Made by a program: the position numbers and the translations under genes. 64,000 nucleotides of DNA from Tubiluchus corallicola (Eukaryota; Animalia; Priapulida), in assembly GCA_030141605.1 (NCBI GenBank), contig JAQGDQ010000057.1, forward strand, positions 124,001 to 188,000, written 5' to 3'. The notes beneath the pieces were generated by a model, which worked only from the letters and a program-made list of their open reading frames with translations, made no database searches and was not told the DNA's origin. Shown one piece after another: positions 50,062-64,000 of the stretch (the stretch's first letter is position 1; each line of letters starts with the position of its first letter).

Positions 50062-52652
50062 GAAGGTTTAATAATGAACCAAAGTATATTGGAAACTGCA
50101 AACATAACTTTTAGACGACTATTCGTTGATTTAATAAATTAGTAATTAGTGCTGCTTAGCACTTGGTACAGGATTGTCTGATTGTCTTACCATATTTTTT
50201 GGCCCATATTTTTTGCACAATTAGATCAACAAGAGGAGAAGCATCTAGGAAGGCCCAGCCTTTAAATAGCTAACGTTCGCAAAATTTGAGTTGAAGCATA
50301 TCTTAGTCAAGCAAGCACGTACGTCTTGCCTGACTTACGGAAGATTTATTTGATCCGGAAATCTATAATCAGAAATCTGGACGGATTCGATAGACACAGC
50401 TACACAGCCACACAGCCAGCCTGTTGCTGTTGTGCAGAAAACAGCAAATCTGTCAGAAATCAGGTGATAAATAACACGGTGATGACGTAATCTATTCTGC
50501 GCCTCACTAACTGAGATCTTCGATACAACAGCAAGTAAATTTTTTTGCAAGCTTTTGTGAAGTTAGAAGTGGTAATTAACCCGCAAAACATCATAGAAAT
50601 AAAATGTACGACAGCCAGTACTCAACCGTTAGCTAGTCCACCATTGTGAACTTCAAGTAAAAGAAAAACACACATTATTCAAATTAATCACTAGTCTCAT
50701 ATTCTGTATTATTTCATTCATTTTATATTATAATACATGTATTAAGGTAAAATAAATGTATGAACGAATGAATGAATGAAGGAAATTATTTACAAGTGGT
50801 TAATAAATAATTTTCATGGTGGGACGAATTGTAAGTTCATTCTGTCTTAATTTGTCGTTTGAGTTATTGTAACTTTAATTTTTTACCATCTCATTGGTTT
50901 GAGAAAGGTAAACGCAAAAATCTGTTGCTGTTATCTAACTTTTTATTGAGTCTCTCTGTGAAGGACATTTTTACTTGGTTACTGATGTCTTAAATTTCCC
51001 TCTTGATTTGGCAATGATTTTTTATGCGTTGGTATCGTGCCGCCTGTCATAAACCTGACGACTATTTCTTTTGGCTTAATTTTTAGCATTGATAACGGCT
51101 TCTTTGTTGAAATGGTCGTCTGCGCTCAATAAACAACATGTTCAGCCTGTTGAAACGTAAATTTGTTACTGGACAATCAACGGAGCGTCTTGTTTTCATT
51201 CAAAGTGGATATTGCTGTGCCTACCATGACCATCATTATTGGGCAAACAACTACGTGTCGTTCCAGTAAAATTACTGGTTCTTGTTTCTCGAGTCTGTAT
51301 TTGTTTAGTTCAAAGTTTTCCCGTACAACACGTGATTAGCTAATCTTGCTATAATATATTCTCGCCAATGCTGTGTGTCTTGATCAGCAATCATTACAAT
51401 CAGTAGCGAGACAGCGACTGTGTGTGAAGCCTGAATTTGATGTAATGACTTAATGTGATTCTGTCAGGAACCAGGATTTCTTACTGTACCATTAACAGGG
51501 TCAGTAGTAGGTTATATGACTAGGCTTCAATGTAAATAAGCTTTGCTGATTTCATAACGTTATGCTCTTTCGCCATCTCTTTAACATTAAATTAAAACTA
51601 TTGTTATTATTGTCTGTAAATTATGTTTATGAATATGAATATGAAAATAAGCGTGTGAAATCTGAATCTGAATTTACTGAATCTTCTTCAACATTTTTCA
51701 TTTTTTGGAATTTTGTTTATATAAACATATTTTTATTTTATTGCTACTTTTGGTATATGATTGTTTACTGATCAAACGTGCCTTAGGTAGTTTTTGGAAA
51801 TTTACATTCTTTCCTTTCTTCCTTCCCTTCACTTCTTCCTACCTTTCTTTTTTTTATTTATTCATTCAATCTTTCTTTTTTCTTCTTTTCTATTTTTTTA
51901 TCTTTTTTAATTTATTGTTTATTTATTTTTTATTTTTGTATTTCTTAATTTCTTTGTTTCTTTCTTTCTCATCTGCTTAGTTTCTTTAACTTTACTTGCT
52001 TTCTTACTTCTTCTCGTCTTTTTTCTCTTAGTCAGTTATTCTTTTCTTCTATTTATTATTAATTACTTTTCTGTGCTTCTTTTGTAATCTGATTTATTTT
52101 TATTATTTAACTGGATTTTTATAGATCGTTTCCTGTGTAAATTTTGATAAAAAAGCGTGGAATTAGTGCCAAATACGCACATATAAAGGAAACAGCAAGT
52201 TGATATTTCAAGGAAATATCAACCCTCGAGGAACAGAAAACAGCAAGGAAACATCGACCCTCCTGACTGACCGAATTTCTCCTTCTAAATCTTAGATTAT
52301 CCAAATTTTGCATTTTTTACATGTTTTACAAGTAAGAAAGATTTAGATGAAGAAATGTTGTCAGTTATGACGAAGTAGAATATCAACTCGTTGTTTTCGT
52401 CTTATAATTTTAATATTATTGTCTTTTTTGTGTTTTGCTCAATTGTACTTATCTAGGTTTTATGTACTTTGAATTGTCGTTAGCTGTTAGTTGATGTGTC
52501 CCGCTTCCTTGTTTTTTGATGGTTTACTGTCCTCAAGCGGGTACTTGCTGTGTAGCGGCAAATTGCGATTAACAGCTTGCTTGTATAATTTGTATTGGAT
52601 GTTGTGGAGATTACGTGTCTTCGCCAGACTGGAGATAAATAGTGCGCGCGCG

Positions 52653-52770
<118 letters not shown>

Positions 52771-53611
52771 GGAGAGACAGATGGGAGACACAATAGGGAA
52801 AGAAAGCAACTCTGCCAACATGGTTGCACTAGCAATGTGTCAGTGTAAAGTTGAATGAGGGACGCATTATGTAGACATTTATAGTTATATTAACATTAAT
52901 CATAGACTCCTATCGAAGTTTCCATCTGCACATCGCAATATTTTACCCGGGAAATTAATCAAGTGTCATTCTTGTGTGTCTTAAGCAGCTGCTTTGTGGT
53001 TTTTAATCAAGTGCCCAGAGTTAATTGACTTAGACGACTCAACTGCGCCGCCAGTTTCTTCACAATCAATCAGGCCAACCAACTCATTGATTATGCAACG
53101 AAAATTAGCTATTAAGAGCAACTCGAATTTCGTTGTGGCCCATCAACGCTGGTCACGACTGCGCAGTGAATTCAGAGGGAGAAACTAAATGATTCGGACC
53201 ACAGTGCAGTTCGTTGATAAATTTGTCTTTGAATTTAATGGCGCGTGTAGTTTATCATTGGTTCGTGTAAGCAAATAGCTATTGGCAGTAAAAATAATGG
53301 ATATTGGCTATAAATAATGCATTAGTCCAGCGGAAATTGTAAGGAGAGACTCACGGGATGGTTATCAGCATAGCTGCAATAACTCTTGCTGAATTGTGAA
53401 AGGGAGGAATAGAAACGAGACATAGTAGTGGCTGCATGGTGACTGCTATAGCGGCTTATAGCACAGGAAAGCTCTTCATTTACATAAAGCTTAAAAGACT
53501 CGTCTTGAAATTTTATCCCACTTACCTGTTGTTTTATTGCATTCAGGGCTTGCTTTAGCAGTAACGCTATATAAAACTTCAAAATTTAAGCCGTTATGCG
53601 CAGCCATTTTG

Positions 53612-53910
53612 ACGATAAATTATTTGAAATAAGTTTAGATAACATTGCGTAAAGTTCGAAAAAAATTAATCAGGGCTCTCATAGCGCACACTTCTCTAGC
53701 TAAGCAAAATTTTAAGTTACTGTATTTCAACAATAAGATTAAGAATAGGTTTTTAGGCGAGTGATTCAACAATATTTTGCGCGAACATTGTAATTTATTG
53801 AGAATTTTCTTTTCTAGTTACCCAAGTCTTTCAAGTAGGTAAGCGAAGTGTTAAGTAATATAACTTTGCACGGAAACTTTTCGGACATAGTTTAACATTG
53901 CAGTTTCTTC
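53612..53910 (+). mobile_element. Old dispersed repeat family 'A', copy 4
   Basis: Shares CTAAGCAAAA, GCGCGAACATT...GAATT.TCTTTTCTA.TTAC and TAAGTAATATAACTTTG with copy 3. Confidence 0.7.
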
Positions 53911-56201
53911 CCCTGATTTATACGTTGTGCGTATGTGACGTCATGTAATGGTGCAGTCGGAACAGTATTGCGGGAGATTTAAAATGAAAATAACAAAAAT
54001 GACTTTTAAGACGAGGACGATATATACTTAAATTTGCTTTAAACTAATACAATTTTTAACGTGATTTTTCTGAAACCTATTTCAGGATCTCCTTTTCTTG
54101 TCTTGTAGATTGAAAAGCCAGCATAATCGATGTATGTAATTGATTTAATTGAAGTATGATAATCATTAAGTATGACTTAATTGTCCAACACAATTTGAAA
54201 CAAATTTGAAAAATACATAAATTGTTCATCAAAGCTGCTGTTAAGCTACAATTTGTAAGGCAGACCTCTGTAACAGGTCATAACATGTTTTATTAAACAT
54301 ATTAAGATTAGAAAAAACATCAATGAGCCTACGGTGCACTTGAATACTTTACGGTAAACATGAAATTCCTGCTTTATTAAATTCCATAAAGACCCTTTGA
54401 AATCAAATTAAATGCGAATAAGGAGACGTAATAAAATTATACAACCGAAGGGGCATTTTTCACAAGACTCTGGAGTGCACTAATGTAATAATATATGCAT
54501 GCACATTTTGCCTCAAAACGCAAGATATCAATATTTAACGCATTCGGGCTCTAATTGAATATTAATTGGTAATTAATTAATGAATTCTTCTAACGATAGA
54601 CGCAGTTAATTGGGGACAGCTGCAGCAGATTAATTAGATAACTCTTCTTGCTTACATCCGGTTTGGAGTTCAAGACCTGATCTAAGTGGTAGTTTTTCAA
54701 TATCCTCTCTGTATAATACCATCATGCATATGATGCTCTCATATGGGCTTATTTTTTTTATAAATTTATGCTTGTTACAGTGATTTCCTTTATGTTATTA
54801 GCTTTTGCGAAGCCTGAGATTTTGAACTATTTTACTTTTATAATTTTATTCAGTGAAATGAAAAACCAAGGGAAATTACTGTTACTGGTTCTGTGACGTA
54901 CGACATTTCGGTTACTAATTACCACGTTGACAACCTCAACTAATTGAGCAATTCAAAAGTCATTTGAACGTCGTAAAAAATAACAGTCATGAAAGACAAT
55001 ATGATGAAGACTTGAGCTATTTCTTGACAACTGAGTTCATTTAATTGCTGACAGGAAAACAAAACTGCATTTAGCCACTCAGAAAACGAATGAGCGGGAA
55101 AGTAAACTTTTCTCTATGGTTCTAAGCCACAGTTTCAAGACGACTACAAGTCAAGGCAACAACCATGGCAAGAAGTCTAGGCAACAAACATGCGGAAGAT
55201 TTTTATTTACGAAATCGCTGTCATGTGAAATCAAGCAAATTAATTAATTTGCTGTTAGTGGCTGCTACTAGCCACATTCAAAACCAAATTAAAAGTACTG
55301 ATGAGGTTTAGATTTGAGCATCTGTTTCACTCTAACTGATGCTAATGCAGAATTCGTTTATCTCAGGCCATACTAAATAACTTACCAACCATGTTGTGTT
55401 ATTTTGTAAATTTCAATATCCATAGATTTAAGATCATCTTTTCTTTTTTCTCGTTTCATTGCATCTGTAATTTAGTTTTTGAAATGATGGACCTGCATTT
55501 GACTGTGTACGTTTTATTTAACTATTAGCTGATTGATTGCCTTTTTCTATTGTAATTTCCAATAATGATATGACAAATTAACCTACTACAGTTAGCGAAT
55601 AGCTTTAGCATTACAATTTCCCGTTTTGTTCTTGTCGGCTGCGTTTTCGCAAGTTGTTCGCACTAACCGCCAGGGAGTGCTGCTATTACTTATAGATTAG
55701 GACGCCAAGAATATATAATGCGGAAACGCTGAATAGATTGTTAGCAACAACCAATTCAAAGCAAAATGGTGCATTATTGGGATAACATAATATAAACAGA
55801 TCTTTGTGTGTGTTTCTAAACATTGTTATGTAAAATATCTGGCAATTGGTTTGCTGTTATATTATATTATATTACATTACATTACGTTATATTATATTAT
55901 ATTATTTATAGCACAGAAGTACAATAAAGAAAAAGCAAAAAAGAACATAAAAAACATAAAAAGACATATGAACAATGTTATGTCTTCACTAGCCTGCCAG
56001 GGTCAGCCGCAGGGAACTTAATCTGCCTGCTGGCTCATAACTTTGTTTATAATGATTACCCCGGCAGCACACAATAGCGTCACTGTATTGTCACTATCTT
56101 TTCAGAATCTTGACAAAAATATGCTCAGAAAATATTGTCACCTTGTTTGGATAGGACATAGGATATTTTTGTTCAATACTGGCAGTACGTAATTAACGTA
56201 T

Positions 56202-56395
56202 TGTTACGGAGGCACCTGTGTCGGGTCAGGTGTATGTCCCTCTACAGCCCTGCTTCCACGTCAGCAGCGACTCACCCCTTTCTTGTAGGTTCAGGCGTCT
56301 TGTTTGGTGCTACACGTGGTGTGAGTCGCTGCTGACGTGGAAACAGGGCGTGTAGAGGGCTCTACTACTGACCCGACGCAGGTGCCTCCGTAACA
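56202..56395 (+). mobile_element. 194-bp hairpin MITE with TGT...ACA termini, copy 1
   Basis: About 75-bp arms: TGTTACGGAGGCACCTG...TTCCACGTCAGCAGCGACTCAC versus GTGAGTCGCTGCTGACGTGGAA...CAGGTGCCTCCGTAACA. No clear TSD. Confidence 0.85.
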
Positions 56396-56975
56396 TTGCC
56401 TCCACCCCAGTTCCGTTTGTCCTCAACCGGTTCCAGAACTAGAAGTTAGACAGTGACCAGCCGCGTGCTGCCACCTAGCATAAGGTAACAAAAATTCCTT
56501 GAGCATAGATTTCTTTAAGTTACATAGTGAAAGATGAGCACGAATTATTTCCATTCTTGTTGACATCATTCAAGGCAATACGCAAATGCTATACAAGTGA
56601 TAACCTATTTGGGACGGAGATTAAATAATTTTCCATATAACACACAAAAGGATAAACTTTTTTACGCAGCCTGTTTGAGTGTTAATCTAAATTTTCATTA
56701 GGAGTCACTTATATCACTTATATACGATACAAATTGAACAAAGTAATCGTAGTCTAAAAAATTTATAAATTCCTAAAGCATGACGTTTCATCACATAGGA
56801 AAATATGACTTAGCTTTATCATAACTCAGGCAAATTTTTACAGTAAAATTATGCGCTTCTATACGGTTGTTTAACAGAATAAAACACAAAAATTACACTG
56901 TACGGAGTTTATTACCGGCACTTACAACAATAGGGGAACAAAGTACACACAAAAAAAATAACTAAGTAACAGCAC

Positions 56976-57184
56976 TACGCCGAGGAGCACCTGTGTCAGA
57001 AATTCAGGTTATAGTGACCTCTACATGCTTTTGTACTGGCATTCCAGGTGAGCTGGCTTCTCACACCACGTGCAGTCCCAAACAAGACAATGAACCTACA
57101 AGGAAAGGCTAAGGACGCTGTTGACGTGGAAGCAGGGCGTGTAGAGGGCCCTACACCTAACCCGACACAAGTGCCTCCGTAACA
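56976..57184 (-). mobile_element. Hairpin MITE, copy 2, opposite orientation, one arm decayed
   Basis: Loop sequence is the reverse complement of the copy-1 loop (CTTGTAGGTTCA..GTCTTGTTTGG versus CCAAACAAGAC..TGAACCTACAAG); ends GTGCCTCCGTAACA. Confidence 0.8.
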
Positions 57185-59399
57185 ATATATTGATAAAAAA
57201 TATTGGTACACGATTCAAGATTTTATTTAGCCAACATAGTATTGTATAACAGTCGTACAAATACAGATTTGAGCATTTCTGTAAAGAATTAAAACTGTTC
57301 CAATCACATATATTACTGCTGCGTTGCTGAGGGGACAATGTTTTTTAAAGCCCACATTTCCACATGGTAATCATATTTGCTAAACTATTGTGGCAACATT
57401 GGTACAATATTATCGTATTACTGGTTAAGCAGTAATCTACATCTAGTATTATAATATGTTTGAAGGACTAAAATACTGCCCTATGGGCTATGACATTCTA
57501 GTGCGTGCAAGGTAATATATCCACGGATCCCATTTTCATATCTAATCCATTGAGCATTCATAACGATAACTACAATAGTAGGCAGTTTTCGTCGAAAGCA
57601 GAAATGTTGAATAATCACAACAAGTTTCTGAATCATTGATGAGGTCGTGATATGCAAGTCCCGAATCAGAATTATTTGCCCTTTACATTTTTAAAGGAAA
57701 AGCCAATGCTTTCGCAAAGTTGAACTTATTTTAGAAAGTTAGAGTTCTAGAAATGTTATAAGGTTTCAGGAATAAAATTGCGACAAATGCCTCTTGTCAT
57801 TAGTAAAATTAATTTAAAGTCGCGATCACTTCAAGCTTGGCGCGTTCACTTTGAACAAAAAATAACGTCATCCGGTTATTGTGCAATATTAACACTTTAT
57901 CCCGTCAGGTGCTCGAGCGAACATTTTTTGCACCTGCATTTACTATTATTAATTACAAATATTCCAAAACGTTAATTAAAGATTATTAATGCTATTTTTT
58001 GCTTTTTGATGAAATCGTTGCCTACCATGTAACAAAAACCAGTTACCGAAGATGATATAAATTTCTTGGTTAGTTAACCCGACAAAGTAACAGCATAATT
58101 ATTTTAATAAGCTGAAACTAAACTCTTATAGTAACCAACTAGGTGCTCGCAGAATTCCATGTTTATCTGTATTAGATTATCTATAGTAATGGATTTTGTG
58201 ATATAATCCTGCGGTTTAAAGTTACATAAGCTCTTTAATGGTGTTGCTAATTTGCCCGGTGACAAATTTTTTTACAAAAACACAGTTAAACACAACGATT
58301 TACTCAACTACAGTAGCGGAATTTTCAAGTGAACTGCAAAAGTTTTGCTCAGCTTGCCTTCACGCTCTCCACCAGTTTACGGCATTTTTTTAAATATGGT
58401 AGTTTGGTAGGTAAGCACGTATATTGTGTGATAATTTCAATATTTAAGTGTATATTAAAATACAACGAATGTTCTTCGAGGGTTGATTTTCCTTTTGACT
58501 ACGTAGTAGTCAGTGTGGTGCGCCTTAAGGAAACCAACTAGAACTAAAATTGCAACAATTATTTATTTATTTCGAAACATAAATATCCGGATATTAACGC
58601 CATTAAAAGGTGACTTAAAAACTAATTTACAGAACAATACGATTGTTTACGATTACGATATGATTACGCATTTACTGATATAATCGTTCTCCAGTTGCTA
58701 AAAATATAAAAATTCATAATAACATCAGAATTTGAAATATGTTGTATTAAAATATTACTAGATTGATATACTCAGTGGATAGATTTATAATCGCTTGAAT
58801 GCCAGACAGAAGGCAAGTTTTTTTCTGAGTCTATACGGAGTTTAATTATCTGAAACGATAATTAGTTTAAAAAAATTTGTAAATTATTCATAAATTATTA
58901 ATATAAAACTATCTATCTAAATACTAACAACTCTGCAGGTATATCTATACAACTAAGTTTAGAAAGAGAACAATACTTTTGCAGCTACATGGTATTCGAA
59001 ACAAAGATCCAACCCTATAAACCTTATTAGTTTGAAATTTGGACAAACTTTGACAAAAAGGAGTACTGTGTCATATTTGACGGAGACTAGCACCAGTGAG
59101 TTGAGTTTTGTACCATCTGGGATCATTTTGGACAATTCGATTTTAATAAATCATTCGAGTTCCGTGTCAGAGCTTAAAACGTCTAATTGCAGTCAAAGCG
59201 TAAGCTGCTGAAGTTTCTTAAGCTTTTTATCAATGCGGGGATTAATACAAGTTTTTGCACTGACATTTGTTCGTGAGAAAAGAAGCCAACATTTGACATT
59301 TACAAAGAAATCTATCCGAACTAAAAAAGCAAACAGCAGGTGTGTCATGCGTTGTATATTAGCCGTATTGCTAGTGTTATGTCCATTTTTATCGTTGTA

Positions 59400-59414
59400 G
59401 TCACCACCATCATC

Positions 59415-59446
<32 letters not shown>

Positions 59447-59645
59447 CATCATCATCATAACCTTCTTCTTTTTCTTGTTCTTATCCCTCTTCTTCATTGT
59501 CATCATGATCATCATCATCACCACCACCACCACCATCATCATCATCATCGTCGTCGTCGTCATCATCATCATCTTCTTCTTACCACCACCACCATCATCA
59601 TGGTCATCATCATCATCAACAGCAACATCTGCAACATCGTCATCA
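59400..59645. repeat. Compound (CAT/CAC/CTT/CGT)n microsatellite
   Basis: Directly visible. Confidence 0.95.
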
Positions 59646-59980
59646 TTACTTTGTTTGTTACTGCAATGACCTAAATCTTATTTCTGTTGTTGTCATTAAC
59701 TTAAAAGCACGTTGTTTTCTCTGTAATCTGCGTCAGTAGGTCTAGTAGTAATAATTCGGAATGATCAGTAATTAGCCGTGCAGGGAGTGGAATAGCCTTG
59801 AAGAGACTCTCTTGCAACTAATTAAGAGGTCACGCTGTAAAAATAGCAGAACAATCAAATGACTAGTTTGATTTAGTTATGTTGTACAAGAAATTACGAC
59901 AAAGGGTCGTTATCAAATGTCATTGCCAGTGAATTTTTTTTAGTCGTATTTTATCTCTCATGATGACTAAACAATGTCAA

Positions 59981-60359
<379 letters not shown>

Positions 60360-63300
60360 TAGGGAGAAAGAAAGGATATGGGGAGAGTTGTAAAGCAGTC
60401 ATCTGCAAACTATTTTAAATTTTCGAAACAGTAATAAAGCGCGAAGTTAATATTAAATTTTATTTTATCAATGTAAACGCAGGTCTTTTCTGCAATGAAA
60501 AATTAGTCTTCTATTCAAGCATTTCAGTTTATCAAATGATTCGGTTTATCTAGAATACATAACTTACGGAAATTTAATGCTTCTAGTTGAAATTGATTGA
60601 TAGGCATTTGCATCAAGCGAAAATCTCTTTGGCTTTGAATTTCGGAATCTGGCAGGGAAATCCAGCATCTGCCGACACTCAAGATCAATGCCAGCGCTGT
60701 AGTAACGGTTAATTAAGCTTCGCAGTTAATTGACACTTCATTATTAACACGGCTTTTTATTACTCTATTGTAACTCAGGGCTATTTTAATTTAATCGCAG
60801 GAGAACATTCGCGAAGAAAACAATCAAAGGCAGAGCGATCGAGATATTTATGCAGTAAATATTTTTGCCAAAGGCTGTAGTTCAGAAGCTCAACATTAAG
60901 AATCGGTTTGCTAATTGTGCTTTGGTAGCAATAAGTACTTTTGCCTGCTTATTCATTTATATTATTTAAACTTTAATTCAAAACATAAAAATGCTATATA
61001 AAAGTTAAAATTTACACTAAAAACTGAGAAATACTAAATGTCATGCACTATTAAAAGAGGTAGGAAAAAATACAACAAATATAATAAAAATATATGCAGA
61101 ATTTAAAAATGCAAAGCGTCAGTTAAAAAAACCAGTGGTTGCTACCTCAATAAATCATGTTATATTCTAAATATTTTACTATGAAATCACACAGCAGTTT
61201 GGTGGCATATATAAGTTACAATAAAATTTGAGGACCCAGTCATTCTTGTTCTTAAACTATAAGCAGAGTGGCGCAACAGTATTTTAAAATGTTTTATATT
61301 ATTTTCTGCACTTCGTAAAAGATGGCGTATCATAAGCCTAACATGTAAAAAACTTGTAAGTGGCGCCGATCTTGGTTAAACTCCACACTGTAAAATTAAT
61401 CCATAAGTTATTACAGCAATATGTTGTTACAGAACAAACGAAATAGCTTACACCTTATAAGCAATGCTCGTAATTGAATGGGTGTTTTACTTTGACATCA
61501 ACAATTGTTATCAACCTAACATTGTTTTGTCAACTGTATCAATCATTAGCTTGAAAATAAGGTAGCGCTCTTCTGAGCTTTGCCTTGGGCATGATCGTAA
61601 AGAACATAAAGTGCCCATTAAGTTTTCATTTTTTCACAGGAGCTTTCGGAAGGACGAAAGGCTAATGTGAAAAATAAAAATGTTTGAGATTTAATGGGCA
61701 CTTTGCGATTATGATATCAATCAGATCAGCAATTGCTAACATTCCACTAACTTTACATAAACCATAAAACAGTTATCTTTATCATTCTGGCAGTGATGCC
61801 AGGCTAAGAATTACTTTGCCATCTCTGTACAGCTTCCGTGATTATTTTACTATCTGGTTGTTGATATCAGAAAGCTATCTTCCTGAAAGAACTTGGCATT
61901 GACTTTTCTTACTTTTTACGCGAGCAATTATTGTCTTAGAGGTTTCAAGAGTTACGACTGATAATTAAAGTACTGGTGACGTTCAACCGTTGTCGCTATT
62001 AATAACTTTCGATGACAGCTAAACTGTTGAAACTAATAAGTTTCCTCTCTATTCGCTGTGTGTCTGCACCTGCAGTATTTTTTATACACAGCTCGGAAGC
62101 GTGCAAGCCGTGATCCCTCACTAAAGGTCGTGCTCAACGCAATGGTTGTAGCAAGACCGGAATCTATATCGCTATTGGACAATCTCCTAAGATGAGTAGA
62201 AATAAGTAGTGAGGGGCTGTAGTAGACGAAATTGCTAAAAAGTGGTTTTTCTGGCAGTCGCCCATCTATCTGCCGACTGTGCTGTACATTGTTTAGCTTC
62301 AGTTGACACCGTGATGTTTAGCTTCAGTTGCCACCGTGACCACTCTGCTGTTCACACATATTTCTGTCGCTTCCGAAAATATTATAATTCTCTTTTTCAC
62401 CTTGTTATACTTCACCTTGTTACAATTCTTAATACAATAACGTTCCAAAATAAAGGAACTTTTTTGTTTCGATTTGTTTTTTATTTTTGCTGGTTTTCTA
62501 TTTCTTTCCTTCAATTCTTCCTTTTCAATCTTTATTTCTCGATTCCTCTTTCTCATTTTTTCTTCACTCTTTTTTCTCTTTCTTTATCTTTATAACACTT
62601 CTCTCTTTCTCTTTGTCTTGCCCTTTCTCTTTTTCGTTCTCTCTTTTCTTGTTGCATTCTCTTTTTCTTTTCACCAGGCGACCTGAGACTTGGGCTTCCT
62701 CCTGCGCTCTGGTTTCCCCTCTGATTTTGCCTTGATTTGATCACATCTTTCATGCTTGGTAAGCTGACATCAGTATCATGAGAGAAAATCTCATCAAGCG
62801 TTTGCCCTGAAGAGAAACGTGTCCGCCTCGCTGAATTTACATCTCTCATTCACTGCAGTAAATCTCATGTAAGATTTTATATTAGTACAAGCATGGGGAG
62901 AGAAAGATGAAACAACAGAGAATAATGTAACACAAACAAAACCCAATCCATCATTCAATTTCAATGTCACGTGTAAGCTATCGCATTCAGTCTTCCCAAG
63001 AAGATAAGCAAAAAGAGGGATTATTGGCTTCATAACTGTAGATTACGAGTTAGGAATCAGGCTAGGTGACTTTAGACGGGATTCCAAAACCACATTAACT
63101 AGAATTCATCTTTGGCGCTTAGTTTTTGGCACGTCACGGTCGACGAACGAGTGCGGAGTGGGGGGGGGGGGGAGTGGGTTGAGACAAACGGTTATATATA
63201 TTCACCTTTTAATTGTAGCCCATCACCATGAGTGACTTAGTTTGCGGCAATTTGCAATTTGCCTGTTTTACCTAATCGCTTTTGTGACACCCTGACTGTA

Positions 63301-64000
63301 TAGGGTCATATTACTGCGTTTCACCAGGCATTACCTTCAAGGTTCGTTGTGTAAAATTTTATCAGTCATAAATAATCACTTTATCAAACTTGTTCGTGCG
63401 ATTGTTGATTCTTTGCTTGTTTTATGTCGATAAATGTGATAATATGGTTTTAATACAAACTATTAGTTGCTCCCGTTCTAAGTAAAAAAAGTTAATTGTG
63501 GCCGTTTATAAATGGTCATCATACTTCTGCTTGTTTTTGTAAAGTTTGTAGCGGTCTGAGATTCATGCGCATTCTTCCGTTAATGTTTCTTTCACTAGTT
63601 TTGTTTCTGTCAATTCTATATCGCTAAAACACTCAACTGTTACTTTTAGTTCTGTTCAACTTGCAAGTCATGACGTTCATTGAGAACTAATGGCTCTTCG
63701 CGCTCATAGACCGCAAATTTGCTCGCCAAGTATCAGATAATTTGCTGTTTTACTGACGCGCTAATTATTGCTCTAATGAACTTACTTAATGGAACGTGTG
63801 ATTAGCTTGAACAGCCAGTTTGCGGCTGAAGAAAAATGTGTCAGTCGAGAGGCTGCTTGTAGTTTTTAAGCGTCACTATTTCCCTCGGCATTTTCGCTGT
63901 GTAATTCGTTATTGCTGTGACAGCCTTCACTGCCAGTTATGTCATTCTTGACTTATCATCTTCCTTTCACTATCATCACCCATCGTCATTATCAGTATCG

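Noticed and set aside
53322-53582. Minus-strand ORF with YADN as an RT fragment
   Set aside because: Only a 3-residue match with unconvincing flanks.
62807-62823. CTGAAGAGAAACGTGTC hammerhead-like core
   Set aside because: No stem II between the boxes; consistent with chance.

Overview
AT-rich, microsatellite-rich animal (invertebrate-like) nuclear DNA; not prokaryotic. Two protein-coding features are recognisable. One is a complete, intronless stomatin/band-7 CDS (2360-3274, +). The other is the first coding exon of a natriuretic-peptide-receptor-like (ANF-receptor ligand-binding domain) gene (34524-35253, +), whose first intron apparently runs beyond the window end (>28 kb). A motif-rich promoter with a short orphan first exon lies at about 14470-14757. 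The rest is intergenic or intronic. It holds decayed LINE fragments, a tRNA-derived SINE, several MITEs (Harbinger-like, Kolobok-like, and a TG..CA hairpin element in two copies), an old dispersed repeat family with four copies, minisatellites, local tandem duplications and long microsatellites. The most notable items are a foldback element whose inverted arm has expanded into a 55-bp satellite, an inverted pair of hammerhead-ribozyme-like motifs, a SINE-head plus hammerhead-like layout, and long intronic hairpins. No new biological system can be claimed with confidence from sequence alone. All family assignments come from recalled motifs and by-eye alignment, not database searches.
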